From Eledone cirrhosa (taxonomy: Eukaryota): a stretch of 64,000 nucleotides of DNA. Shown here in pieces: positions 41,041 through 55,545 of the stretch. The stretch is taken from NCBI GenBank assembly GCA_964016885.1, contig OZ024758.1:29512001-29576000 (forward strand), in the 5' to 3' direction. A program made the translations under genes and the position numbers. Each line of letters starts with the position of its first letter. The first letter of the stretch is position 1. The notes under the pieces are model-generated. The model worked only from the letters and a program-made list of their open reading frames with translations. It was not told the DNA's origin and did not search any database.

Positions 41041-42075
41041 TTCCGCATTTTGTTACCGTAAGGCTGGAGATTGGTTTGTGTATATTTGTTCCAGTGAGAA
41101 TATGTTTTAGTGATTTTGGTTGACTTTTGCTTTTAATCTTGTGTGTTTCTAGGATTTTTTTAAATTTTTTCATCTTTAACTAGAATGGGGTGGTTTTTGT
41201 GTAGGAGGTCGAACATTTCAGTGTTTATAGGGTTGAACGTGGATACATATGGTAAGGTATACATATTCTGTGCTTTGGGTAGTTGGGTTGATGAAAATTT
41301 GCGTGTTTTGCTTTGTCTATTCCGTTATTAATTATGTCAAGTGGGAAGGCTCTTATGGTAAGTGTGTTTTTGAGTTCATTTAGTCTTTGTTCCCCTTTAG
41401 CTGGGTCTGATACTATGGTGCATATACGTTTGGCTAAATTAAAAGGAATGTTAAGTTTTGTATGTTTTGGGTGATGTGGAACCACGGTGCATATTTTCGA
41501 CCTTCACCCATTATCATGCCGTTACAGTTTCAGTCGCCTCCCGTGCCGTTAACAACAAGGTCATTAGGGGTGGCTTTGGACGCCACTTGCTTCCTTTCAC
41601 AGCGAGAGCCGGTGGGGCTTGACCGAATGGACGGCACAATCTTTTCGTTCCTCGGTGGGAAGCCCCTCATGTAGGACACAACATGTAGCGACACTTTCTC
41701 CAGCAGTAACCTGATGCATCTGACGACAGACCCGACGAGCTGAAGATCGCAAGCTGTTGAAGTATCGGCTGCTTTCCGATAGATTTGTTGTACGTGTAGC
41801 GATGGAGAATTCTGGCGTTCTTGGTCACCGAACCACCTTCCTACTTACTGCTACCAGGGATGGGGGTGTCACCCGCAGGACTAAGCCTCGCATCTTGAAA
41901 TTTCAACGCGTCCCCCTCGTTATCCTCCAGGGTAACGCTTTCCAATCCTGGCTGCTGGGACAATGAGGCCTCTTGTCCCTGCAGTTCTGCATACCAAAGA
42001 GAGCATTGCCCCACATTCTCCGGGCTTGTACCATTGGGGAGTGGTAAGATAGGTTGCTGATATCTACATCTATCG

Positions 42076-42182
<107 letters not shown>

Positions 42183-42966
42183 ATTATGACTAATTACGGC
42201 CAAGAAATACAATTTGCGACTTATTTTCTATTCTCTTTGGTGAGAAAGTGAAAGAAGGAACAGGATGTTGAAATGCATCTGTTTACTGGGGGTCACCAAG
42301 AAAATAAAAGTGAGGAAATCAACAGAGGACAGGGCAACGGACGAAAACCAGGCTAAATGAAAAACAATTTTTCAAGGAGAAACGTTAAAAAATTATTTTT
42401 TGAAAATAAAAATACAAACGAGAGACACAGAACTCCAGGATCATCGACACTTGAAATGGACTTGGCAGTTTTGACCCCTACCAACAGTACTGGTGTACCA
42501 GCTGGGATCGTAGCCAAGGTTGGATTTAGATCTTGGAGGGGGGGGGGGACTCATACACCAACAATTAGAATATACCCCCCCCCCCCAAAAAAAAAATAAA
42601 TGTACATATCAATGTTAGCTTAGCGCAAATAATTGGAATTGAAAACTTATACATAGAGGTATTAAAATAAAAAAAACTCTAACCATCCTAGAACTAAAAA
42701 GCCCAGTCAAGGACACAAATAAATTGCAACGGCCGTCGGGGGCAGTTGACCCCTTAGATCCCCATCATCCGGCTTTGGTCAGGTGTCTGACACAAGTCAA
42801 AACGCTGTCCTATGGAGGCAAGGAGCAACTTATAGCAATTAAGTTATGGCAAGTACAGACAGGATTTCACTGCCTTGCACTGGGTTTCGGAATTTACAGT
42901 TTCAAGTGATCGTCAGGTCTGTTTGAGTTGACGACGGTATCACTGTCCCCTAATATACAGCTGATC

Positions 42967-43010
<44 letters not shown>

Positions 43011-43330
43011 TATGTATATCCATATATATATATATGTATATATATACGCATATATATATATGTATATGCATATATATATATACGCATATATATATGGATA
43101 TATATATACATATATATATATATGTATATATATACATATATATATATATACATATATATATATACATATATATATACATATATATATATACATATATATG
43201 TATATATATACATATATATATACATATATATATACATATATATGTATATATATACATATATATATATATATATGTATAATATGTATATATATATATATAC
43301 ATATATATATATGCATATACATATATATGC

Positions 43331-43365
<35 letters not shown>

Positions 43366-43481
43366 CATATATATACATATATATGCATATACATATATAT
43401 GCATATATATATAGGTATATGCATATATATGTATATGCATATATATATATATATATATTTATATATTTATATATACATATA

Positions 43482-43562
<81 letters not shown>

Positions 43563-43717
43563 CATTAACAGAGAAAGCCATTAGCGATACTCCGATCAAT
43601 TTCCAACTCACTCAACAGACATTAGGAAATACCTGAGTATATTCCCAATTATACGTTTGGGGTGGTAACTATATTGTATTGTGTGGATAATCGGCTGTAT
43701 ATGTATATATATGTATG

Positions 43718-43749
<32 letters not shown>

Positions 43750-43762
43750 TATATATATATGC

Positions 43763-43841
<79 letters not shown>

Positions 43842-44665
43842 TAATGTAGGAGGTAAGTTTTATTGTAGTACAATAAAGCAATGCAGATATCGGTTAAGAA
43901 GCACTCTACAGTTTGTAGGACTGGAGTATACATAATATATAAGAACAAAAGATGGTTAAAGGAGTTCCATGTATTTTATTATGCGCATTTCAAAAACAAA
44001 TATCATCATGCAATAATATTTGTGTTTTCATCAGATAAAACAGGAAGACATGATATGAAAACACAAATATTATTGCATGATGATATTTGTTTTTGAAATG
44101 CGCATAATAAAATACATGAAACTCTTTTAACCATCTTTTGTTCTTGTATATTATATATATATATATATATATATATGCATATATATATATGCATATATAT
44201 ATATTTATTTATGCATATATATGCATATATATATATTTATATATGCATATATATATATGCATATGCATATATATATATTTATATATGCATATATATATAT
44301 AGAGAATATTTCTCTCTCTTGAGTTTCTCTTTCCGTATGATGACTTGATATCTCTCTGTTGCTTTCCTTTGTTTTTCTTATTCCTTCCTTTTCTTTCTTT
44401 TTTATTTCCTCCTATCTTTATCTATCTCTTTCTTTTCTCCATACTTTTCTCTCTCTCTCCGATATTTCTCCAGGTTTTCTTTCTCTTTTTTTTCTCTCTC
44501 TCTCTCTGTCTTTGTTCTTTTCTCTTTCTTTCTCTCCGTCTTTTTCTAATTGTGCTTAACACTATGACTTATTATATGAACAAATCACTATCCAGACAGC
44601 CTCCAAAAGTAATGGTTGTATTTTAAAGGGTACGTCAAACCTATTTGTAAAACTGTTATACATTG

Positions 44666-44730
44666 TATTTTGTCTGATGAGGGCATACCATAATTTAATG
44701 TAGTATCCCTGAAATATGTATAATGAAATA
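44666..44730 (+). ncRNA. Minimal hammerhead ribozyme candidate, copy 3
   Basis: As 3399-3463 with one extra stem II mismatch (TGTAGTAT). Confidence 0.65.
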
Positions 44731-44858
44731 AATATGGTTTTATAAATATAGTTTCCATTTAATAATATCGTATATCTACTCCAAAAATTTGTCGAGTGCT
44801 TTATATCAGTTATAAAAATATTTACTTGTTGTATCCCAACAATTTTAAATAGAACTTT

Positions 44859-44913
<55 letters not shown>

Positions 44914-45064
44914 TATAAACAACTATAAACAGGAAAGGATAGTAATTGAATAGGAGGTTAATTATATGTACAAACATTGCTAATGCACCGATGACTCAAA
45001 CGAAAGTTTGGAAGAAACGATTGTCACCAATTAATTGATTTGAACATAACTTTGTTAATTGTGT

Positions 45065-45144
<80 letters not shown>

Positions 45145-45443
45145 ACCCCACTGATAGTGGGGTTTATAACCCTCGGAGAAATGGAAAAAGATTGTTATCC
45201 AGACCACTGTGCTACCATTACACCAATACACACCCCATCTCCTTCCATTCGAATTAGAAGCTATGAACTTAGCAAGTGAATGATAAACAAGCAAATTATA
45301 AACGTAAACATGTTTTTGAAACGGTGCGCGAGTTTGAAATTAGAAATTAGAAATTATAAGCTTTCACCGTATTTTAGACTAAAGAAATTTGTAGCCTGAT
45401 AGTGGGGGTTATAACCCTCGGAGAAATGGAAAAAGATGAGTGT

Positions 45444-45514
45444 TGCCGTACATGGGAGTCGAACCCACATCTTTGGTTATCCAGACCACTGTGCTACCAT
45501 TACACCAATACACA
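45444..45514 (-). tRNA. tRNA-like sequence, copy 3 minus arm
   Basis: Same as 4195-4265. Confidence 0.5.
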
Positions 45515-45776
45515 TCCCATCTCCTTAAAGATGTGGGTTCGACTTCCATGCACGGCAACACTCATCTTTTTCCATTTCTCCGAGGGTTATAACCCCCACT
45601 ATCAGGCTAGAAATTTCTTTAGTCTAAAATACGGTGAAAGCTTATAATTTCTAATTTCTAATTTCAAACTCGCGCACCGTTTCAAAAACATACTTACATG
45701 TTTACGTTTATAATTTGCTTGTTTATCATTCACTTGCTAAGTTCATAGCTTCTAATTCGAATGGAAGGAGATGGGG

Positions 45777-45847
45777 TGTGTATTGGTGTAATGGTAGCAC
45801 AGTGGTCTGGATAACCAAAGATGTGGGTTCGATTCCCATGTACGGCA
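45777..45847 (+). tRNA. tRNA-like sequence, copy 3 plus arm
   Basis: Same as 25787-25857. Confidence 0.5.
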
Positions 45848-45968
45848 ACACTCATCTTTTTCCATTTCTCCGAGGGTTATAAACCCCACAATCAGGCTAG
45901 AAATTTCTTTAGACTAAAATACGGTGAAAGCTTATAATTTCTAATATATATATATATATATATTTATT

Positions 45969-46001
<33 letters not shown>

Positions 46002-46038
46002 ATACATTTATATATATATATATATTTATATATATATT

Positions 46039-46075
<37 letters not shown>

Positions 46076-46096
46076 TTATATATATATTTATATATA

Positions 46097-46143
<47 letters not shown>

Positions 46144-47452
46144 GCATATATATATATATATATATGTATATATATCTATATCTACTAGAAATTGACTGTT
46201 TAACTAGAACTTCAAATATAGATACCTTTTAAAATGATTAATCTTCCTTGTATATATTTCATTAAAGAAATATCGGTAAATTAATCGCTAAATCACAGTA
46301 GTCAAAAAAGGATTTTCAACAAGGAAGAAGATTTAACTATCGGTGTTTACACAGCAAATGCAAATCTGCAAATGACTAGTAGCACATGCTGCATTTAAAA
46401 AAAAAATACACACATCGTACCAGCGTCATCCCAGTGGTGTGAATATGATTATCGACAACTAGAAATAGTAGCCGAGTCCTTTCAACTGAGTTAGCTCTAC
46501 AATTAAGGGGTCGTATATATATATATCCAAAATTAAATAAAGGGTGTCATGTCCGAGAGACATGCGCCATATCCACTGTAGAATATGCTCAAAGATTCCA
46601 ATGAATAGATCCGAGCATTTTATATCAACTAGAAATTGATTGACTCATATATATATATATCTAAAATAAACACACAAAACAATCACAGGGAATAATTTGT
46701 AAAGTGTGTAAGCACACACAGCTAGGTAGGTAACTAATTAAAGTTTAGCTAGAACTTCAAAAATAGATACCTTTTGAAATGATTAATCTTCCTTGTATAT
46801 CTTTCATTAAAGAGATATATTTCACCATTAATCGGTAAATCACAGTAGTCAAATCCCTTGTTGAAAATCCGGGATTTGACTACTGTGATTTACCGATTGA
46901 TGGTGAAATATATTTAAGATATAAGATATAAGAATATCTCTAGTGTTGCTGCCATCATAAAATGTACTCGTGTATAGGTCGATCTTAAAGTGAGTTTATT
47001 GTCTATCGTCAATAGGCACGCGTGCGCTTCTATACATGTGTGTGCGCATGCGTGTGTGTGTGTGTGTGTGTTTGTGTGTGCGTGTGTGTAAATGTGTTTC
47101 TTGGTTTTATCAATGTGTACTGTACGTGTATGAGTGACTTTATGTGAATTATTAGTGGGTGTATGTTTGTGTTTGTGTGAGCGTGCGTTTGTGTCTATTT
47201 CTATGCGTATGTGTGTATATATGTGTGTGTGTGTGCAGGTGTGTGTTATGCAGGTGTCGTGATTATGTTGTATGTGTGTGCTATTCCGTGCGTGGAGTGC
47301 GTGTGTGTGTACCAAATGATAAGGGATATATATCCAGAGTCTGTATTCCGAAGTTTCAGTTGTTGGACTTCAGAAATTGAGTTAGGAGTATCTGTATTCC
47401 GGTGAGGAGAGAAGTATTATTGATAGCGCTCATCATAAGTTAAAAAACGCGC

Positions 47453-47588
<136 letters not shown>

Positions 47589-48047
47589 AAGTGTAACGTA
47601 ATAACGAACCAACCCAACAAACCTACATAAGCCTCACCGCCTGTGAATTTAAAACGAGACCTTACCAACACCTACCCATTTTCAGAAACTCAGCCCGTAG
47701 AAACGCAACGACACTATCCAGCCATATATGGGACATACGAGAAAACAGTAGGACTTTCAAATTGCAATGGAGTATCTTTTTCGAGGCTAAACCATACACT
47801 GGGCGCCATCTACCACGCAACCTCTGCTCCTAGGAGACCATACATATATTTTTCGTATGTATCTGGTATGTTGGATGAAGAAGTGTCAGGAGATGTTAGT
47901 GAAAGGAAGCTGCAGTAGAGAAACAGAGAAAAATCTGGGCAGAAGTGGTTAGAGCTGATCTCAAAATACTGACCTCAATCAGAAACCAATATTATAAGTA
48001 TGGGGGATTGGCTATATCGGTAGAGGGTTGGACGCCATGCTTTGCAG

Positions 48048-48489
48048 CATAGAGTTACGTCCCTTTACAATATGAGTTCAAATGTCAAAATTATACTTGG
48101 TAAATATTCTTAAATTTTATCAAATTCAGTAATTCTCCCTTTTTTTTCTTTCTAACTCTTTTTGATTGATTTTTTTTTTATTGTAAATAATTTGTAATCA
48201 AATTTTGATAACTATTTTTTTGTTGCAAAATTGGTGTTCTTCTCAATGCTAGACAGAATGAGGTCATAGAGTTACGTCCCTTTACAATATGAGTTCAAAT
48301 GTCAAAATTATACTTGGTAAATATTCTTAAATTTTATCAAATTCAGTAATTCTCCCTTTTTTTTCTTTCTAACTCTTTTTGATTGATTTTTTATTATTGT
48401 AAATAATTTGTAATCAAATTTTGATAACTATTTTTTTGTTGCAAAATTGGTGTTCTTCTCAATGCTAGACAGAATGAGGTCATAGAGTT
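48048..48489 (+). repeat. Copy-3-specific ~217-bp tandem duplication
   Basis: CATAGAGTT at 48048, 48265 and 48481 bounds the duplicated block. Confidence 0.88.
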
Positions 48490-48555
48490 TGTCTTCTCCA
48501 CACAGGCTTTGCAGTTTCCACTTAACTCTTTTATGACTATATTTCTAATGTAATA

Positions 48556-49501
48556 CTGTAAAGTGGCCATGTAGGTGTCACAACAAAAATTACCCACCAC
48601 ACTGTAAAGTGGTTATGTAGGTGTCACAACAAAAAGCACCCAGTCCACACTGTAAAGTGGTCAAGTAGGTGTCACAACAAAAAGTACCCAGTCCACCCTG
48701 TAAAGTGGTCAAGTAGGTGTCACAACAAAAAGCACCCAGTCCACACTGTAAAGTGGTCAAGTAGGTGTCACAACAAATAGCACCCAGTCCACCCTGTAAA
48801 GTGGTCATGTAGGTGTCACGACAAAAAGCACCCAGTCTACACTGTAAAGTGGTCAAGTAGGTGTCACAACAAAAAACACCCAGTCCACACTGTAAAGTGG
48901 TCAAGTAGGTGTCACAACAAAAAGCACCCAGTCCACACTGTAAAGTGGTCAAGTAGGTGTCACAACAAAAAGCACCCAGTTCACACTGTAAAGTGGTCAA
49001 GTAGGCGTCACAACAAAAAGCACCCAGTCCACAATGTAAAGTGATCTAGTAGGTGTCACAACAAAAAGCACCCAGTCCACACTGTAAAGTGGTCAAGTAG
49101 GTGTCACAACAAAAAGCACCCAGTCCACATTGTAAAGTGGTCAAGTAGGTGTCACAACAAAAAGCACCCAGTCCACATTGTAAAGTGGTCAAGTAGGTGT
49201 CACAACAAAAAGCACCCAGTCCACAATGTAAAGTGGTCAAGTAGGTGTCACAACAAAAAGCACCCAGTCCATACTGTAAAGTGGTCAAGTAGGTGTCACA
49301 ATAAAAAGCACCCAGTCCACATTGTAAAGTGGTCAAGTAAGTGTCACAACAAAAAGCACCCAGTCCACATTGTAAAGTGGTCAAGTAGGTGTCACAACAA
49401 AAAGCACCCAGACCACACTGTAAAGTGGTCAAGTAGGTGTCACAACAAAAAGCACCCAGTCCACACTGTAAAGTGGTCAAGTAAGTGTCACAACAAAAAG
49501 C
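48556..49501 (+). repeat. 48-bp minisatellite, copy 3
   Basis: Same unit as 5941-6841. Confidence 0.95.
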
Positions 49502-50278
49502 AACTAGTACACAAAGTAAATGTGGTTGGCGTTAGGAAGGTCATCCAGTGAGCCATAGAAACCAAGGCAGAAACAGTTCTGTGTGAGAAAGACACGGTCA
49601 CATGCATGTGGGAGAAGTGTTATGATTAAAATAAGTGAAACATGGCTGATAACATGGAGCAGCAAAGAAGGCTGGAAAAAATGGAAATGAGAATGGTCCG
49701 ATGGATGAGGGGAGTATCACAGAGAGAGGAAGACAAACAATGAATTGCAGAGGATGAAAGGAATAAAGACAGTGATGAATGTTGTAAAAAGAAAATGGAA
49801 TGAGATGGCTGGGTCATGTGCGGAGGAAGGATGAACATTATTGGATAAATGGAGTGGTTGGAATGAATCTGGAAGGTAGTAGAGAAAGGGGAAAACCAAG
49901 GAAGAGATGGCTAAAAATTATGGACATAAAACAGAAAGCTATGGAGTTGAAAAAGGGGGATCTAGAGGACAGGGCAATATTGAAAAGCATATCATGGAAA
50001 CTACATGGCTAATCCCCACTTGAGCAGGGATTAGGCAGTTGTGGCATCGTTGTACACATAACGTATGAATATAGACGCCTGTTCAGTGTGGGAAACATTT
50101 GTAGTTTCATCCATCGGGAACAGACTATTGCTGCCATGATTCCATTTAATATTAATTTTCTTACATAATTACATCAGCAGTGAAACACTTGATTATGTTG
50201 TCCTGAAAACAGTTTGAGAGAACTCACACCTGTGATTTCGCTTTTGATATATTATATATCCTCTAGATGACATTGTTG

Positions 50279-52735
50279 GTGACACTGTCAGGTCTAGCTA
50301 ACAGTTGGTCTAGTTCTTGGTGACACTGTCAGGTCTAGCTAATAGTTGGACTAGTTCTTGGTGACACTGTCAGGTCTAGCTAACAGTTGGACTAGTTCTT
50401 GGTGACAATGTCAGGTCTAGCTAACAGTTGGACTAGTTCTTGGTGACACTGCCAGGTCTAGCTAACAGTTGGACTAGTTCTTGGTGACAATGTCAGGTCT
50501 AGCTAACAGTTGGACTACTTCTTGGTGACACTGTCAGGTCTAGCTAACAGTTGGACTAGTTCTTGGTGACACTGTCAGGTCTAGCTAACAGTTGGACTAC
50601 TTCTTGGTGACACTGTCAGGTCTAGTTAACAGTTGGACTAGTTCTTCGTGACACTGTCAGGTCTAGCTAACAGTTGGACTAGTTCTTCGTGACACTGTCA
50701 GGTCTAGCTAACAGTTGCACTACTTCTTGGTGACACTGCCAGGTCTAGCTAAAAGTTGGACTAGTTCTTGGTGACACTGTCTGGCCTAGCTAACATTTGG
50801 ACTAGTTCTTGGTGACACTGTCTGGTCTAGCTAACAGTTGGACTACTTCTTGGTGACACTGCCAGGTCTAGCTAACAGTTGGACTAGTTCTTGGTGACAC
50901 TGTCTGGCCTAGCTAACAGTTGGACTAGTTCTTGGTGACACTGTCAGGTCTAGCTAACAGTTGGTCTAGTTGTTGGTGACACTGTCAGGTCTAGCTAACA
51001 GTTGGACTAGTTCTTGGTGACACTGTCAGGTCTAGCTAACAGTTGGTCTAGTTGTTGGTGACACTGTCAGGTCTAGCTAACAGTTGGACTAGTTCTTGGT
51101 GACACTGTGAAGTCTAGCTAACAGTTGGACTAGTTCTTGGTGACACTGTCATGTCTAGCTAACAGTTGGTATAGTTCTTGGTGACACTGTCAGGTCTAGC
51201 TAACAGTTGGTCTAGTTCTTGGTGACACTGTCAGGTCTAGCTAACAGTTGGTCTAGTTGTTGGTGACACTGTCAGGTCTAGCTAACAGTTGGACTAGTTC
51301 TTGGTGACACTGTGAAGTCTAGCTAACAGTTGGACTAGTTCTTGGTGACACTGTCAGGTCTAGCTAACAGTTGGTCTAGTTCTTGGTGACACTGTCAGGT
51401 CTAGCTAACAGTTGGACTAGTTCTTGGTGACACTGTCAGGTCTAGCTAACAGTTGGTCTAGTTGTTGGTGACACTGTCAGGTCTAGCTAACAGTTGGACT
51501 AGTTCTTGGTGACACTGTCAAGTCTAGCTAACAGTTGGACTAGTTCTTAGTGACACTGTCAGGTCTATCTAACAGTTGGTCTAGTTCTTGGTGACACTGT
51601 CAGGTCTAGCTAACAGTTGGACTAGTTCTTGGTGACACTGTCAGGTCTAGCTAACAGTTGGTCTAGTTCTTGGTGACATTGTCAGGTCTATCTAACAGTT
51701 GGTCTAGTTCTTGGTGACACTGTCAGGTCTAGCTAACAGTTGGACTAGTTCTTGGTGACACTGTCAGGTCTAGCTAACAGTTGGACTAGTTCTTGGTGAC
51801 ACTGTCAAGTCTAGCTAACAGTTGGACTAGTTCTTGGTGACACTGTCAGGTCTAGCTAACAGTTGGACTAGTTCTTGGTGACACTGTCAGGTCTAGCTAA
51901 CAGTTGGACTAGTTCTTGGTGACACTGTCAAGTCTAGCTAACAGTTGGACTAGTTCTTCGTGACACTGTCAGGTCTAGCTAACAGTTGGACTAGTTCTTG
52001 GTGACACTGTCAGGTCTAGCTAATAGTTTGACTAATTCTTGGTGACACTGTCAAGTCTAGCTAACAGTTGGACTAGTTCTTAGTGACACTGTCAGGTCTA
52101 GCTAACAGTTGGACTAGTTCTTGGTGACACTGTCAGGTCTAGCTAACAGTTGGACTAGTTCTTGGTGACACTGTCAGGTCTAGCTAACAGTTGGACTAGT
52201 TCTTGGTGACACTGTCAGGTCTAGCTAATAGTTTGACTAATTCTTCGTGACACTGTCAGGTCTAGCTAACAGTTGGACTAGTTCTTGGTGACACTGTCAG
52301 GCCTAGTTAACAGTTGGACTAGTTCTTGGTGACACTGTCAGGTCTAGCTAACGGTTGGACTAGTTCTTGGTGACACTGTCAGATCTCTCTAACAGTTGGT
52401 CTACTTCTTGGTGACACTGTCAGGTCTAGCTAACAATTGGACTAGTTCTTGGTGACACTGTCAGGTTTAGCTAACTATTGGACTAGTTCTTGGTGACACT
52501 GTCAGGTTTAGCTAACAGTTGGACTACTTCCTGGTGACATTGTCAGGTCTAGCTAACACTTGGACTAGTTCTTGGTGACACTGTCAGGTCTAGCTAACAC
52601 TTGGACCAATTCTTGGTGACAATGTCAGGTCTAGCTAACTGTTGGACTAATTCTTGGTGACACTGTCAGATCTAGCTAACACTTGGACTAATTCTTGGTG
52701 ACACTGTCAGGTCTAGCTAACAGTTGGACTAGTTC
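50279..52735 (+). repeat. 41-bp satellite array, ~60 copies, more degenerate at its 3' end
   Basis: Same unit as 7619-9710. Confidence 0.97.
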
Positions 52736-53179
52736 AAGGAAGTTTCCACTATTCAAACTTGCTTCAAATTCCTCTAGTTAAGAAGGAAACAAGAAAAAAT
52801 ATGAAAATAAAAGCTCCATGTAAATTAACATGCATATCAGTCTGTTTTACGACAGTTATAATCATATTATAACTTTTCATTGCAATGTTTCTAATGATTT
52901 AGATCAATTTTATAAATACTATAGAATGATTTCATCTTTATATAACTATTCCGTTAATTTTCTGGTGTTTGGAAAACATTGAACAATGGTTCTTACGTAA
53001 AATTATGATGGAAGGATTTTAGGTGGACATAAACACTTTCAAACAAACTGTGATTTATCATAGAAACAGGGCAGTTTTAGATGACTGAAGTATCAAAAAG
53101 TTTAATGATTTTCTTCTTCTTCAAACACATAAACTTTTGTATTTGAATTACAAGACAATTTGTATACAATGTTCCTGAT

Positions 53180-53545
53180 CAGACATTTACCCAGGAGAGG
53201 TTCAATGCGTTTTATTACAGCAATTGCAAGTCTATTCCTATGTTGCACACTGGGGTCCAGGGTGTTTTGACATTCCTACTGCGCCCTGGTAATGTGTTGG
53301 AGATCTCAGTCGACGTTGCGGTCAGGTCAGTATCAATGCCGTAGCTCTCGTCGGTTTTGGGTCAGTTTGGTTTCACTCAAACACCCTCCTTTCAGTGCCA
53401 GTCTGCTGCTGTCAATATGTGTAATCACACATTGTCTAGGAGTTGGTGCTTGCAATATAGTCACCCAAGTTGGGTGGTGTGTCGGTTCAACAGCTTATTG
53501 TATTTATGGTTTGGTGGAAAACATTCATCCAGTGCTTTAAATAAA
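53180..53545 (-). mobile_element. Degenerate Penelope-like fragment
   Basis: Manual translation [23 protein letters not shown] resembles the PLE linker motif F..L+D..FP..H.L.K+.NR.T. Confidence 0.55.
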
Positions 53546-53553
53546 ATCCCAGG

Positions 53554-53621
<68 letters not shown>

Positions 53622-53657
53622 GATAAATCTACCAAAATAAATGGTAGTGTCCAATCC

Positions 53658-53692
<35 letters not shown>

Positions 53693-53747
53693 CCAGATAT
53701 ATATCCGTCGAAACGACTTGAGCTCTGCCGTCGGGGTCAAACATTTT

Positions 53748-53789
<42 letters not shown>

Positions 53790-54059
53790 GAGAGAGAGAG
53801 CAGGATTTTACCAGTCTTAACTAGTAATACCATTATTCAGCAGAGTATTTGATACTTGGGATAGTAAAGTATGACTATATTAGAGAGATTCAAGGCCCAA
53901 CGACTGAGCTCTTGCCATTTTGACAGTTTGGAATTAGTTTATACAGTATGTTTATATGTATGTATATATACATATATATATGTATATATACATATGTAAG
54001 CACATACATACATACACACATACATACACACTTAAGCATGATTATCAGGGACGTGCATT

Positions 54060-54533
54060 TTTAGTCCTGTTAGGGACTTGCCTATGGCCAGCAATGTCAT
54101 GCATCGCAGAAAATGTCACATATCAAGTGATGCCTGTGCTTGAAGTTTTTTTAAATGAGGAAAGGCTTTGCACGGGGCCAATCCTGCTCTCTGAACATTG
54201 AATGCATTTACCCCAAAAAGAAGAACTGGTCTACACTATTGGATGCAAACGATGTTGCAAGTTTTATATCAGAGTGACCTTCTCCCAGATAAATGGCTTA
54301 ATGAAGACTAGAAGTCTCTTGCTCCACAAAAACAAACTTTATTGGCTGGCCATTGACTCTCCTGAATTCCTCCACCCTTTGATGGGTTTTATTTTTCATC
54401 CCACATGGTGTCCAAAATCACCCTCCTCACCACGCAAGCTTGGTGGGGTTGCCAGTTTAGTTGGCGACAGCCCGACTATGCGACAGATTGTACTGGGTTA
54501 CATGTTACCAGTAGCACTGAAAAGCGACCTGAC
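54060..54533 (-). mobile_element. 5' UTR of a diverged RTE family member
   Basis: Collinear with 59165-59623, sharing GTCAGGTC...GTGCTACTGGTAACATGTA...ACTAAACTGGCAACCCCAC...GGTGAGGAGGGTGA. Confidence 0.78.
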
Positions 54534-54990
54534 TATTGACGACAACTATGGATCTCCCTTGCATCAAGTTGCCTGTAACCTTCACATGCTGCTTCAGTCC
54601 TGCCACAGATCGACATTCTTTGCCACATTCATTATATTTTGCAATACCGTGGAGATTATAGTACACTGGTTTTCTTTGAACATGGCTGCGACTGTGACTC
54701 CTGAGACCAGATTTGATCAAGCACTTCTTTCCACACTCAGGGCGCACCAATTCAATGTAGACATCATTTCAAGAGATACACCAGGGCATTGCTTATGCAC
54801 AGCCCTTTGATCTTCTCATGCTCTAATTATGGACCCCATCATTCACCATTTCATACCAAGTTTCTCTTTCAAGAGCTTCTATCTCCCAGTCAGTCACCAT
54901 CAAACCAGTTTTTTTCAATGAATCCTTTACACAATCCTTGAATCGGAGCTTTGGTTTGTGGGATGTTCTCTTACATTTAAAAAGCTCGCC
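54534..54990 (-). mobile_element. RTE 3' fragment with decayed C2H2 fingers
   Basis: YGEL..KR...KPKLRFKDCVKDSLK..W; ECGKKCLIKSGLRSHSRSH; ECGKECRSVAGLKQH. Confidence 0.78.
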
Positions 54991-55164
54991 ATACATACAT
55001 GCACACATACATACATACGCACACACATACACACATACACACATACACACATACACATAGATACATACACACATACATACACACATAAACACATACATAT
55101 ACACATATACACACATACATACGCACATACATCAGCACAACCGGCCTGATATTGTTGTTTGGGG

Positions 55165-55480
55165 CCACACATTGAAAACGTGTTCTGTTGTAGGGATCAG
55201 CTGCCCACTTGATGTCAACATTGTAAGAAATATACAAGGGAAGGTGGACATCTAAGGACCATTGATGAGGAGTTTGCAGATCCAGTATCCAAGATACACC
55301 GTCAGCTTCATACCCATCATTATTGGAGCTACGGGTTATATACCAACCCGCTTGGACCAAAGTATGACTGAACTTGGATTTGCGGACAAAGAGCACAGGT
55401 CCCTAATTCAAAGTCTACAAATGGCTGCGATAGCTGACACCTTCGAAATTTGCAAAACATTTTTGCGACTCAAGGGATGA
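55165..55480 (+). mobile_element. C-terminal fragment of an RLE-type non-LTR retrotransposon (R4/Dong/NeSL-like)
   Basis: ISCPLDVNI...K...L...YTVSFIPIIIGATG matches the end of the restriction-like endonuclease domain. Confidence 0.62.
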
Positions 55481-55545
55481 CAATTTATTTTTTTTTACAA
55501 CCTTGCCGCCAGTCAAAAATGTACTTGAAATTAAGAGAAAGAGAA

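Noticed and set aside
53689-53750. ATCCGTCGAAAC...GTC half-hammerhead between TA tracts
   Set aside because: The CUGANGA half is absent; at most a truncated remnant.
54202-54810. 202-aa plus-strand ORF
   Set aside because: Antisense reading across an RTE 5' UTR / 3' end junction with no recognisable domain.
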